In this document: positions 38,195 through 49,200 of the stretch, one piece after another
How positions within the stretch are numbered: position 1 is the first letter of the stretch
Layout: the number at the start of each line of letters is the position of its first letter
From: a virus
Lineage: Duplodnaviria > Caudoviricetes
Direction: 5' to 3' (one strand)
Virus record (IMG/VR): IMGVR_UViG_3300027212_000006
Coordinates: 30,456 to 94,455 of that record
Length of the DNA: 64,000 nt
Translations under genes and position numbers: made by a program
Notes under the pieces: generated by a model
What the model was told of the DNA's origin: nothing
What the model saw: the letters and a program-made list of their open reading frames with translations, nothing else
Databases searched by the model: none

Positions 38195-41110
38195 TTATCT
38201 ATTTTGATTATACTTAATAGAGCTGTATTGACCACTTAAATAAAATGCATTATCAAAGCTTTTAGCAGTAAGTGCTCTTACAATTCCTAAGATATCTCCA
38301 GTATTGGATTGAATCTTTCTTTCAAATGAAGAGTTCTCTTTAATCCAGGTTTCTTTGTCTGGCGAATAAGAGAAAATCTTTATTTGTCTATCGTCTGGAT
38401 TATCTGAAAATCTGTTAGTATTTAGACCATCACAAATAGCATATAAAGTGCCATTATGAAAAGTTAAAATCCTAGTTCCACCAGCAGAAGGGAATCTCCA
38501 TGAATTGTGGAGATTCAATACTTTTTTACTGTTCGGATTGTAAGTACCACCTGCTATAAATCTTAGTTGAGTGTATCCAAACAAAGAATCATCATCAGTA
38601 GGAGTTAGTTTACCAATTTTAATTTTTGGTCTATCGTAATCAGAAATAGAAGTTTTAAAAGTATCAGCTACAATAAAGTTTTTGTAATCTAAAATAGGAT
38701 AATCTTGATTTCCTGCCCAAACTTGAATATCTTTATCTTGAACCGTTATTCTCACTTTGGATGGGAATAAATTAATATCAAAGAAACTATCTTTATTTAT
38801 AATCTGAACATAGTCTATATATGCATTTGTAGGTCTAGAACTATCTTCTGACAATCCATTGAACTCTATAGCGATTTGACTAATAGATCCATGCCATGCT
38901 GGGCTTATTTCATACAAAACATAATCACTTGAGTTTTTTATATCAACACCGGACCAATTTTCGAACTGCTGATTCTTGTAACTCCATGACAGTCTTATTT
39001 GACCCTTAGAAATTGTATATCCAGATTGTGCATTGATTTTAAGTTTAACAAAGACTTTAGTATTTGAGTTCACTTCAATATTTACAGAACTATTTAAAAT
39101 ATAAGGATTACCTGTTGCTCCCAATGTTTCTAAGAATAATACTTGAGTTTTCTTAGCAACATTGTCAACAGTATATTCATTTTGCTCTACTACTGATAAA
39201 GCTTCAATTAGACCGCCAATTTCCCAATCTGATGTTGTTCTTGCATCATAAAAGTTCCAGTTTTTAAGAAATCCAAAACGTGGCAAATCAATGATAGCTT
39301 GACTGTTTCCACTCGATAATTTAATTTTTTGGAAATTAAACTCTAACTTATATTGTCTGTAACCATCAGAAACTTCTATTCCCTGATAGCCACGCTTAAT
39401 ATCTTCAATCAAATCAACATATGAATTGTTTGCAAAATTATTACCAAAGCCTATCCAATAAGGCTCAGCATCTTCATTTGAATATTTTTTATATCCAGCA
39501 TTAAATAAATCTAATTCTATTGTGTGTTGTGGTTTGTAAAAATTAAAGTTTCCAAGATAAACATCATTTGTGTCAATAAGATATCTGGTATTAGAATTGA
39601 TGCTTCCATTTTTAATAATGAATCCAACTCTAACAGAAGAAGCAGTATTAAATGAAGCTCTTACTAAATTATAACTTCCACCAGAAAATGCTACTTTATA
39701 TATTCCGTTCTGTGATTCTGTAGTTTGATCTTTAAGTAAAACTGTTGAATTGATTGCTGTTTGGAATCCATCAATTATAGGAAGAACAGTATTAGTCAAA
39801 CTAACATTCTCAGTTGAAGCACAGTCAACTTCATTAAAAGCTAATTGCGTAGATGTTTTATCAAGGACTTGTTCCCAATCTGAACCTGTCGTAAACTCAA
39901 ATGCAGTTTCAGCATTTGCAACACCAGTAACAAGCATCAAATCTTTTACTTTACTTGGATTAGAAAGATCATATAAAAACTGATGATTTACGTTTGAGTG
40001 AAATCTTGAATTAGTTACTCCGCCTTGAGTATAAAATTGTGCTGGTGAAGGGTCATCAATAAAACTTCTATCAAAAATCTGCATACCCCATTCTTCGTCA
40101 TTCAAAGGGTTGTTGGTTTTGACTTCTGAATATGACCAAACTTCTGGGCGATTAGAAATACCAGCAAATAATTGATTATGACCCACTTCGAAGCATTGTA
40201 TATCGAATGTTTCTCTATCGTAATCTTCAATATTGTCTGGAGTTAAAATATGAACCTCAGTGGATTCAGTTTCAATTATTACTTGTTCATTTGCGTCAGA
40301 AAGGAAAGACTCAGGAGGATTTAATTTACTTTCAGGGATTCTTGAATATATTCCAAATTGATTATTCTTCATACCCAAAAAGAGTTTATTAAAAGCTGAA
40401 GCCATGCAATTTACGCCTGGATTAGAAAGATCTCCAACTGCTTCCCAGGTATTGCCGTATTGCGCTTCTGCTAATTCTGCTCTAAAAAGGCTTGTGTCAT
40501 CACTACTTCCGGCATATAGATAAGGAATTGTTTCATGAGCAAATTGATGTATACATAAAGCTGATACTGGTTTTAATACACCTGAATTAGCAAATTGATA
40601 AACTTCTTTAATTCTAATTCCATCATAAAACCAAATCTTTCCAGACACACCGCCTAAAAATAACCCTTCGTCACTGCTTACTACAGACAAGATTGCTCTT
40701 TCATTTTGGTAAGTAAAATCAATTAAAAATTGAGGTCTTTCTTGATTTCTTTTCCAAATTGATGCAACATTCTTTACAACCTTAACAGATACTGAAGTAG
40801 CACTTGTTACTGGGTAATCTGGATCAAAAATTAATAAGTTGTTAGCCTCATCAATACCAAAAGCATTATTATTAGGTGCACCAGTAATTGTTATAGTATC
40901 TGAAGAACTTAAAACAATTCTTCTACCTATTGAACCTGTATCTTGTGAAATTAAATAATACGCAGTATTATCATCATAGTCAGTATTTTGAGAATTAAGT
41001 AGAGTAGCATAATTATATGTAGTCTGAGTGATTCCCATCATATACAACCATGATTCAGAATCAAACTTACTTTGCCAAACTATGCTTTGATTAAATATTG
41101 TGCTACTCAT
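38195..41110 (-). CDS. Large virion protein with beta-propeller and fibre module
   Basis: Blades LFLGG, LYAGS, LFLGM and LFAGI; fibre module TVLLKDQTTESQNGIY. Confidence 0.7.
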   Translation of the reverse strand: MSSTIFNQSIVWQSKFDSESWLYMMGITQTTYNYATLLNSQNTDYDDNTAYYLISQDTGSIGRRIVLSSSDTITITGAPNNNAFGIDEANNLLIFDPDYPVTSATSVSVKVVKNVASIWKRNQERPQFLIDFTYQNERAILSVVSSDEGLFLGGVSGKIWFYDGIRIKEVYQFANSGVLKPVSALCIHQFAHETIPYLYAGSSDDTSLFRAELAEAQYGNTWEAVGDLSNPGVNCMASAFNKLFLGMKNNQFGIYSRIPESKLNPPESFLSDANEQVIIETESTEVHILTPDNIEDYDRETFDIQCFEVGHNQLFAGISNRPEVWSYSEVKTNNPLNDEEWGMQIFDRSFIDDPSPAQFYTQGGVTNSRFHSNVNHQFLYDLSNPSKVKDLMLVTGVANAETAFEFTTGSDWEQVLDKTSTQLAFNEVDCASTENVSLTNTVLPIIDGFQTAINSTVLLKDQTTESQNGIYKVAFSGGSYNLVRASFNTASSVRVGFIIKNGSINSNTRYLIDTNDVYLGNFNFYKPQHTIELDLFNAGYKKYSNEDAEPYWIGFGNNFANNSYVDLIEDIKRGYQGIEVSDGYRQYKLEFNFQKIKLSSGNSQAIIDLPRFGFLKNWNFYDARTTSDWEIGGLIEALSVVEQNEYTVDNVAKKTQVLFLETLGATGNPYILNSSVNIEVNSNTKVFVKLKINAQSGYTISKGQIRLSWSYKNQQFENWSGVDIKNSSDYVLYEISPAWHGSISQIAIEFNGLSEDSSRPTNAYIDYVQIINKDSFFDINLFPSKVRITVQDKDIQVWAGNQDYPILDYKNFIVADTFKTSISDYDRPKIKIGKLTPTDDDSLFGYTQLRFIAGGTYNPNSKKVLNLHNSWRFPSAGGTRILTFHNGTLYAICDGLNTNRFSDNPDDRQIKIFSYSPDKETWIKENSSFERKIQSNTGDILGIVRALTAKSFDNAFYLSGQYSSIKYNQNR

Positions 41111-41121
41111 TTACAGTCTCA

Positions 41122-44100
41122 TTACTTTTTAATTTTAATTATTTTATTCCACTTTACTTCAGGTTGTGTTATATTGTTGCCATAGTCTCTAAAAGCTATT
41201 TCAACTTTCTTAACACCATCTGATTCATTGGTAAATAAAACTGGTGCATATGAATTGTACATTTGCCAATTTGACCAGGTAGAAGGACCATCATTATAGA
41301 CTCTTCTAATTTTGAAGTCTTTGATACCAGAAACTGTGTCTGTTCCATTAACTTTTAACCATGAGTTTACTTTATTTGTTAGTGTAACTTTATTATTAGT
41401 CTCTAAATTGTAAAACTCTATTGTTCCAGAAGGAGACTCTGTATCAACTGCTGCTATGGCTTGTGCAACGAATGTATATGGATATGATTCAGATATATTT
41501 CCAGCAAAGTCCATTAATTGAACCCAAACTTTGCGAGCTCCTGCATATCCAATATTTTGTTGTGCAAAAAGATTATTTGAAGCACCGGCATAATCATATC
41601 TAGAAGAACCATGGAAGAAAACTGTGTAAAGATTATCCCCTTGATAATTAGTAAAAAGATCCCAGCTCTGCCATGGTTCAAAATAAATTAAACCATAATC
41701 AGTTTCTTTAGCAAATCTAAATGCTAAAATACCAGAGTCATTATCTGTTGCAATAATTTCAAAAGTGGCTGTTCTAACTGTTACTTTGTCATGTAAAGAA
41801 AGTGTTGGTCTTGTAGCTAAAGAAGAAGTTACATCAGCTGGACCTTTGATATCAACTTTTACTGGTAATGAAATATTTGATCCATCACTTGATAAACCTG
41901 AATGTGAAATAGCTGATATTCTTGCTTGTTGAATTGATAAATGTGTAGTATTTGATCTTCTTTCTGAATATCTTGCAAATAATTTAAACCATAAATCAGA
42001 CGCTAGATTCCAACCAGCATATTTTCCAGACTCTATTTTGTTACCAGAATCATATTTAATTCCGTTTGCTGTTCCTAAATCACATCCCATTGGAGTGTTA
42101 ACAGCAAGCCAAATCTTGTCTCCTGCATCTAAACTAAGCAAATTGTTAGCAAGAACAAACTGAACTAAATCATTGTTGCTTTTTAGAGTAGAAATTGATG
42201 AAGATATGTTTTCAGAATTAAATGAAATCCAATCAGTCAAAGGACTATCTGGAACATTATTTGCAGAGTCATTAGAGTAGAATCTAATTTTAAACTCATC
42301 ATAAGGGAAAGATGTTTCAGCAACTGTCCATTTTGATTTTATTTCAAGCAACAAAGGGTTCATGGAAGTAGAAATAAAACTTGAGAAAGATGATATCTCT
42401 ATATCCTTGAACCAGATTGTGTTGTAAAAATATCTCTTAGCCCCTTTTCTCTGAACAAACCAGATAGTATTGGCATTTACTGTTCCAGAACTTACAGTAA
42501 TTTTTTGATTATTTACATAAGAATCATAAATTGTAAATGTAGTGTTGTTGACTTTTTTGTAAATCTTATTGTATGAATTGTCTACTTGATCTTTAATAAT
42601 TATCAAATCATTTACATTAAGACTAGCTATAGATACACCATCTATTGAAGAAGTTGTTGTCAGAAATAATGTGCTTCCAACTAACAAAAGATCATCAATA
42701 TTTCCACCTGCTGAAGCGCAAGACACCAATAGGTTTGTAGCATCGCCAGCTTGAGGTGCAGAATAATTAAAACCGTTAAAATCAGTATTGGAGCTCATAT
42801 TGACTTGTCCCAAATACGGTTTTGATTTACTGGCTCCTTCATTTGCTAACATAAAAGATCTTATGCTTTCTGGCTTATTAAAATAATCTTTCTCTATTCC
42901 TGGTAATGATCTAAATGTTGCTTCATAAATAAAGTTTTCATCAGATGTAAGTCCATAATCATCTTCTTTAAATCCAAAGCCCACGTAATATCCTAATCCG
43001 TTTGCGTTAGGGCTGAATTTTTTTGATAACTGAATGTAGCCTTCAATATTAGTACCTCTTCTTAAGCAAACCCATGTTGCATCGGCTGACTTTCTTTGGC
43101 TTGTACCGGCTAGTCCTTCAGGATTAAAATCTGTTATTTCGATTGTATAGGTATCATTTTCAATACCTGTAAGTGGTTTGTATGACCTTAATACATAATT
43201 TGATAAAGAACTATCAGAGTTTCTTTGACTGACATTTACTTCGTTTTTAATAGCGCTAAATCTAACAACAAGAGTTTCATTATTTGTGTAATCTTCTGAT
43301 AAATTGTATTCAGGATCGCAATTAATACCTAGAACGCTTGCATAATTCAAATCTGTTGGTAAATTTGTAGCAAAAACAACATAAAGCTCATCACAATTAT
43401 GCTTATAATTTAATGTTAAACTAGCTCTGTTTGACAAAGATGGTTTTAAAAATTGAAACTCTTGATAACTTGCAGCAAAAGGAGTGTCTACCGAAATATC
43501 TTGTATTTTTGGAACTGTGATCTTGTCAGTGTCATAAGTTGGAATTGTATTAGATGATTGCTCAAAATAAGATGCTAGTTTCATCTCTTCATCAAAATAT
43601 ACATCCCAATTTGAAGTTATAGATGATATTGGAAAGTTCAAACTTGTAAAATCATCATTCTTGCAATCACCTAAATCTGCTGCAATTATAGAAGGACCAG
43701 AAGCAGAAATTATTTCTTGAACTTTAACAGTCACTCCAGTCGCACTAGAGCCTTCATAAAAAACATTAAATTGAGGATAAAAATTAGTTACTGTTGGAGG
43801 ATGTGGAATTAAAGATCTACAAAGCAAATAACTTTTTTTATCAATATTAGCAGAGTGAGTAGAACCAATATTTTCAGTAAAATAGCTCTCTAAAATAAAC
43901 TCGCTGTGCCCGGTGTCTTGCAAATATGTTTCAAATATTCCACCATTTAAAATCTTAGGAGCAATATGGGCTGGTAATGTAGTTTTTTGATATAAAGAAG
44001 ACTCGCCAATAGAAGCTGTTATAGTATACAAATATGCTTCAGGAAAAGATAAGTCGCTCACGTCTACTCTGGTAACAATTTGGTCTTCATCATAAGCAGA

Positions 44101-45162
44101 TTGTGTCTTAATTGTATTAAAGAAAGAAATTGTATACCCATTACCTGCAGCAGTGTTATCAAATGTATATTTTGACTGAACATAAACACCGTTGTTTTCT
44201 GAGTCCAAAGTTAGTCCTGTTTCACCATCGAAAGAAACACCTTTGCTATACACTCCACCTGAATACAATCTATAATCTGTATTTATATCGGCTGTAGATG
44301 GACTGTTGTAAGTAAAAGAGGTTGTGGGGTTTGGAAGTGCAGTGCCATTTCTAACAAATTCATAAGTAGAAAACGTAAGTGCAGCTGTTGGATCTATAGC
44401 TGCAGTGCCTAAAGTTGAATAAAATATGTTTGTATTACCAATGGCTGAGTTTAAGTTGTATGATCCAGTTAACTTAGCAACTTCAATAATACTGCCAAGG
44501 TATGCAGATGGTCCATTTAAATAAGTTTCATTAGCATCTGAAGACCCTTTAAATGTAATTAAAGAATGAGCGCCAGTCCAGCCACTTTTTAGTGCTGAAT
44601 ATTCAACTTGGGTTGGTGTTGTTGGTAATTGCCCTTCCCAATATATCTGGTCAAAAACTCCACCACCATTAGGATATTCTGCCTGATCATCTCCAATAGC
44701 AAGAACAACTTTCATGTAAACAGTTGAAAGTCCACCATTTGCACTCAATGGCCAGTTATTAATTAAAAAATAACCAGTTCCTGCGGCTGATGATGTGCTA
44801 GAAATTGATGATAATGAAGTATCGTAAAAATATTGTGGGTTTAAATTAATTGTGTAATCTAAATCAGGATCATATTCTGATGGGACAGCTGGGAAATTGC
44901 TGATTATTAAAGTTGCAGAAGGATCAAACTGTGGATCGTTTGAAATGTACAAGTTTTTAATTCTTGTAGGAGTGTAAATAGTTTGTCTAGTTTCAGCATC
45001 CCTTACTTCAAACTTAAATTTTAAAAGATTTCTATTAAGATCTAAATTAGGGTCTTGCGATGATTTCTTATTGACATAGATTTTACCTAGCTCAATGAAC
45101 TCTGAATTGAGTGATTCGCTTCTTAAATTGTCAGGTAAAATAATCTTAGTTGAAAACGCCAT
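41122..45162 (-). CDS. Large virion protein with Ig-like repeats and a degenerate fibre module
   Basis: NDLIIIKDQVDNSYNKIY; tandem C-terminal Ig-like units (D.DSGI...W..W...KV.V...DxxGN). Confidence 0.7.
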   Translation of the reverse strand: MAFSTKIILPDNLRSESLNSEFIELGKIYVNKKSSQDPNLDLNRNLLKFKFEVRDAETRQTIYTPTRIKNLYISNDPQFDPSATLIISNFPAVPSEYDPDLDYTINLNPQYFYDTSLSSISSTSSAAGTGYFLINNWPLSANGGLSTVYMKVVLAIGDDQAEYPNGGGVFDQIYWEGQLPTTPTQVEYSALKSGWTGAHSLITFKGSSDANETYLNGPSAYLGSIIEVAKLTGSYNLNSAIGNTNIFYSTLGTAAIDPTAALTFSTYEFVRNGTALPNPTTSFTYNSPSTADINTDYRLYSGGVYSKGVSFDGETGLTLDSENNGVYVQSKYTFDNTAAGNGYTISFFNTIKTQSAYDEDQIVTRVDVSDLSFPEAYLYTITASIGESSLYQKTTLPAHIAPKILNGGIFETYLQDTGHSEFILESYFTENIGSTHSANIDKKSYLLCRSLIPHPPTVTNFYPQFNVFYEGSSATGVTVKVQEIISASGPSIIAADLGDCKNDDFTSLNFPISSITSNWDVYFDEEMKLASYFEQSSNTIPTYDTDKITVPKIQDISVDTPFAASYQEFQFLKPSLSNRASLTLNYKHNCDELYVVFATNLPTDLNYASVLGINCDPEYNLSEDYTNNETLVVRFSAIKNEVNVSQRNSDSSLSNYVLRSYKPLTGIENDTYTIEITDFNPEGLAGTSQRKSADATWVCLRRGTNIEGYIQLSKKFSPNANGLGYYVGFGFKEDDYGLTSDENFIYEATFRSLPGIEKDYFNKPESIRSFMLANEGASKSKPYLGQVNMSSNTDFNGFNYSAPQAGDATNLLVSCASAGGNIDDLLLVGSTLFLTTTSSIDGVSIASLNVNDLIIIKDQVDNSYNKIYKKVNNTTFTIYDSYVNNQKITVSSGTVNANTIWFVQRKGAKRYFYNTIWFKDIEISSFSSFISTSMNPLLLEIKSKWTVAETSFPYDEFKIRFYSNDSANNVPDSPLTDWISFNSENISSSISTLKSNNDLVQFVLANNLLSLDAGDKIWLAVNTPMGCDLGTANGIKYDSGNKIESGKYAGWNLASDLWFKLFARYSERRSNTTHLSIQQARISAISHSGLSSDGSNISLPVKVDIKGPADVTSSLATRPTLSLHDKVTVRTATFEIIATDNDSGILAFRFAKETDYGLIYFEPWQSWDLFTNYQGDNLYTVFFHGSSRYDYAGASNNLFAQQNIGYAGARKVWVQLMDFAGNISESYPYTFVAQAIAAVDTESPSGTIEFYNLETNNKVTLTNKVNSWLKVNGTDTVSGIKDFKIRRVYNDGPSTWSNWQMYNSYAPVLFTNESDGVKKVEIAFRDYGNNITQPEVKWNKIIKIKK

Positions 45163-45206
45163 TTAGAGCACCATGTTATATTTTTTTGGGAGATCTTTAA
45201 TGAAAT

Positions 45207-45234
45207 TATTCTCGTAAAAGAACTCTTAACCCTT
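45207..45234 (-). promoter_or_regulatory. Putative phage promoter AAGG-N18-AGAATA
   Basis: Minus strand AAGG gttaagagttcttttacg AGAATA, in the only sizeable gap of the structural run, upstream of 45162. Confidence 0.6.
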
Positions 45235-45236
45235 GA

Positions 45237-46223
45237 CTAACTTATAAGGAAATCAAATTGTAAAGGTATATCTCTTTGTACAGTTACGGGAGAATAGACA
45301 TCTAAGTACATATATCCATCAACATATTCAACATTGTCTTGTATGCCAGATTTGTGAAATATATATTCAGCATAATAAATTGAAATGTTTTTGGATGTAT
45401 CTTTATGAAGCAAAGTCATGGAAATATACTCAGCTGCCTTAACAGTATCCAGTCCATTTGGAAGATAAAGTTTTAATTGGCATTTAGAAGTAGATCCAAT
45501 TGTAAGTGTTGACTCTAAAATAGAATTACAAACAATCTTAAAGTAAAGTCTCTTATTCATTTCACCCAGACCAAGGTTATATGCATTCTTTTCAGACTCA
45601 GTAAGAAATGTACTGTCTTCTGCTGGAACTGTAGAAATGATAGGTACTCCATGCCTTATTAGTCTTGGTAATTTAAAAGCTGGGTCTACCGATGACGTAA
45701 CTGATTTTGAAGAACTATAATAATCAAAAATACCAATTGAAAACTCTGGCTCTCTCACTCCAAAAGGTATAGTTGGTAAACCAGAAGGGCTAGTAAAAGC
45801 AACTACATCTGGGATATTTAATTTTCTAATTCCTGTATCTTTTGCTTGTAATTTAAGGTTCGCATTGTCATTCAGTAATTTGACTAAAATTGTGTTGTTA
45901 GAATTAAACTCAAACTTTCCAAAATCAATTGAAAGTTGAAGTTCATCATCTAAAGTTAAAGTTTTTTCATCAATTTGATTAATTTTAACTTCATCAATCT
46001 TAATTGCAAAAGAAACGCTATAGGAAGCTTCTTTACTTATTTCAAAAATTAAACTCTCATCAGATTCAATGATTGTAGCTTTGACATTTTTTCTTACAAA
46101 AATTACTGGGTTAAATTGATTTGTATTTTCTATAAAGTTGTCAGGAGCAGAGATGAGCTTTATATCAATTTGTCTATTGTTAATTGTGGTTTGTATTGAT
46201 GGGTTTCTTGCAGATATATTCAT
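45237..46223 (-). CDS. Hypothetical virion-associated protein
   Basis: 328 aa, beta-rich, within the structural operon. Confidence 0.7.
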   Translation of the reverse strand: MNISARNPSIQTTINNRQIDIKLISAPDNFIENTNQFNPVIFVRKNVKATIIESDESLIFEISKEASYSVSFAIKIDEVKINQIDEKTLTLDDELQLSIDFGKFEFNSNNTILVKLLNDNANLKLQAKDTGIRKLNIPDVVAFTSPSGLPTIPFGVREPEFSIGIFDYYSSSKSVTSSVDPAFKLPRLIRHGVPIISTVPAEDSTFLTESEKNAYNLGLGEMNKRLYFKIVCNSILESTLTIGSTSKCQLKLYLPNGLDTVKAAEYISMTLLHKDTSKNISIYYAEYIFHKSGIQDNVEYVDGYMYLDVYSPVTVQRDIPLQFDFLIS

Positions 46224-46227
46224 GTCT

Positions 46228-49200
46228 TTACTCAGCTATCAAAAGATCTCCATTACTTAAAACATTAAGTCCTGTTGGTTTTGTAAGCAATCCCTTATTA
46301 TTCCAAGATTTTACAACAGTGCCAGAAGTGTTTATTCTTAAAAGTTTGGAGTTTTTACCACTATTAAATCTGTCATCAACTAAAACATAATATTCGCCAG
46401 ATTTTTCACTAGGGAGAGCATAAACAGCGTCTCCTTGCAATGTTATGTTGACAATCGGAAAATCATCTGTATTTGTTCTTCTTATGACCATTAGTTTACC
46501 AAGAACTGTGGATGATTGAGAAGGCAAAGCTATTAAAATATTTCCATTGTTCAATTCATATGCTGAACCTAACAAGTCTGCATTGAATGGAACTAATGTG
46601 CTTGGTAAAGTCCAAAGTACACTATTTGCTGTGTCATAGTCAAATGCAATAACGGAATTAACAAATGGCTGGGCAACAATATATTGATATGATTTATTTA
46701 CCATTACAGATATTGGGTTAAATATATTTGCATAGTAAACCGGGCCTGTCAACATATTTAATTCTATCGGAGTTGTTTGAGCAATAGTTTGACCCGATTT
46801 AGGAGGAGCAATTAAAGTTGTGGTTATACCATCTCCATTATAATCAAATATTTCAGTTATATCTCCATCAGCCATTGCTTTAAAATCAAAACTCTGGAAT
46901 CCTGAAAATGTATTCTTTTTAGACATTGAATCAAATATTTCAACCGTTCCTGAAAGATTTGTATTTCCTTTTAATTCAAATCTTTTTAAGGAAGGACTGT
47001 CTAAAATATCCATGACATTAAAATCAGCTCTAACAGAAAGTGAACCAGGTTTACCACCATCTCCTAATCCGCTGTTTGTATAGCCAGAAGGTGGTCCAAC
47101 TATAGTTCCTGGAGTTGATGATCCCGTGCCAGAAATGTTGTTTGTATTATCTGAAGATTCACTATCATTTGTTGCAGTTCCATTTGTTGAAAAAGCACCA
47201 GTCAATATAATGACTCTTTTATCAGTAGCAGAAGATAAAAGCTTATTCATTTTTGATGTAAGTTTAATTACAACAGTAGATGATTTAAGGCTTACTAAAG
47301 GTGTGAGTAATTCTACAGATGATACATATGCTATTTCATTTGCAGATATGTCTAAACCATCATAAATAATTTTAATTTTGCTAGCATCTAAAATATTGAC
47401 ACATTGTGAGAATGGAAGATATATAACTGCTACATCAGGATTATAATGAGCAGCCAAAACCATAAAATCTCTTTCAGCTAATTTAAGTCTTAAATTACCT
47501 TGAATTATTTTTTTAACCACTCCAGCTGAGTCAAAGTGGATAATTCTGTCATTCAAAGTATCAGCATAAATTGCAGACTCATCCCACAATATTCTGAAAT
47601 CTTTTGGTTTATAAAAGCCATAGTTTGAAGATTTGTTGAATATTTGCCAAGGAGTTAAGTAAGTTGAAAGACTATTGACAGCAGTACTATTGTCATTACC
47701 ATCTTCATAAGTAGACTTTGTTGTTGTTGAAGCGGTTTGTAATGCAGACAAAGCACTACTTTTTGCTAAATAAATCCAATTACCAACATCTTTTTTATCA
47801 AGTGTTAGAACGTTTTTAGTTAAACCGCCTTCAGTATAGTTAGGTCCATATAAGATGTTAAACTTTTGGTATTCACTTTCAACCCATCCTGATTGGTCGT
47901 CTGCTATGTTGTCGTATTTTGTGTTCCAAGTTCTACTTTGAGCACCACCAACTGAAGTGTAATCAATACTCAACTCTTCAAATTCTGGTGTATTTAAACC
48001 CTCAGAATCTGCATAAAGATCAATAACAATATCTAACCATTTACCAATATTGAACTTTGAGCTTGTATATGTGCCTGAGCCTGGAAGAGTAATGCTATAA
48101 GATGATGGAGGCACAATTTCATATGTACCACTAATTAATGTAGCCTCTTCGGTAATATCAAGAGCAGTCAAAGAGTTTAAATCATCTTCTGTTGCACTGT
48201 CAGTTATTCTCGCAGATATAGTATATGAAGTGCCTGCAGGAACAGTTATTTTATATGAATACAAATTAAGAGTGGCTGATGTGCTTCCAGTATCTAATCT
48301 AAATATATATCTTGAACTTTCAGCATACAAATATTCGTTCCACAAAAATAAAGCCGAAAGATTACCATTTGATTCATTAAGTCTAGCATCTTGTAAAGTT
48401 GTTAAATCATCACCAGCATTATCAACAAGTAACTCAGAAGCTGGAGCAATTAATTTTAAAGTTGGAGATGCATCACCATTCCATCTTTCGGTAGATGTGT
48501 CATCAGTTTTAATATAAAAAGCAAAGCCAACAACATTTACTCTATCAGAAGGTAACTCTATCATTTCTGAAAGATCTACATTAATAAAAATATCTGTTGC
48601 GTAATCGTCGGTGCCTTTTGTAAAAATCTTTCTTGGAAGTGTTCTTTTAATTTCTAATGTCTGAACAGTTGCATTAGCCCTATCTTCAATAGTTTCACTA
48701 ACTAAAGTTCCGTCAGATATTCTATTATCAGTTGGGTCTACTAATAAAACCATATAAATGGAACAAGCAGAATCAGTATCAGTTAAATTAATTCCTAGAC
48801 CAATATTAGTTACGTTGCTCCAATCTCTTTTTGTTGCAGGGATTGTAAATAAAGTATATTGAGTGTCAGTGTAGGTGTCGTCTGTGTTTCTTAATTTCTT
48901 GGTGTAATAATTCCAACCGTAAGCTGTATTTTCAAAATCAGATCCAGCAGCATTTGAAAGTATAGTAAAGTTAATTGGAGTATCAATTTTAAAAATACCA
49001 TCAGCATTATCGTCTGTAGTACCTTCAATTTTAATATTTGAGTTTACATACAATTCACCAATGTCTTTGCCATTTATGTAATTTAACATTGTGGTAAAGT
49101 TATTTTTTGAAGTAAAAAATACATTAAATGCAGTATTTGAATCACTCGATGCAGCTTCTATAAAGTTTACTGCAGTATCGTAACCAGCTCCAGGATCATC

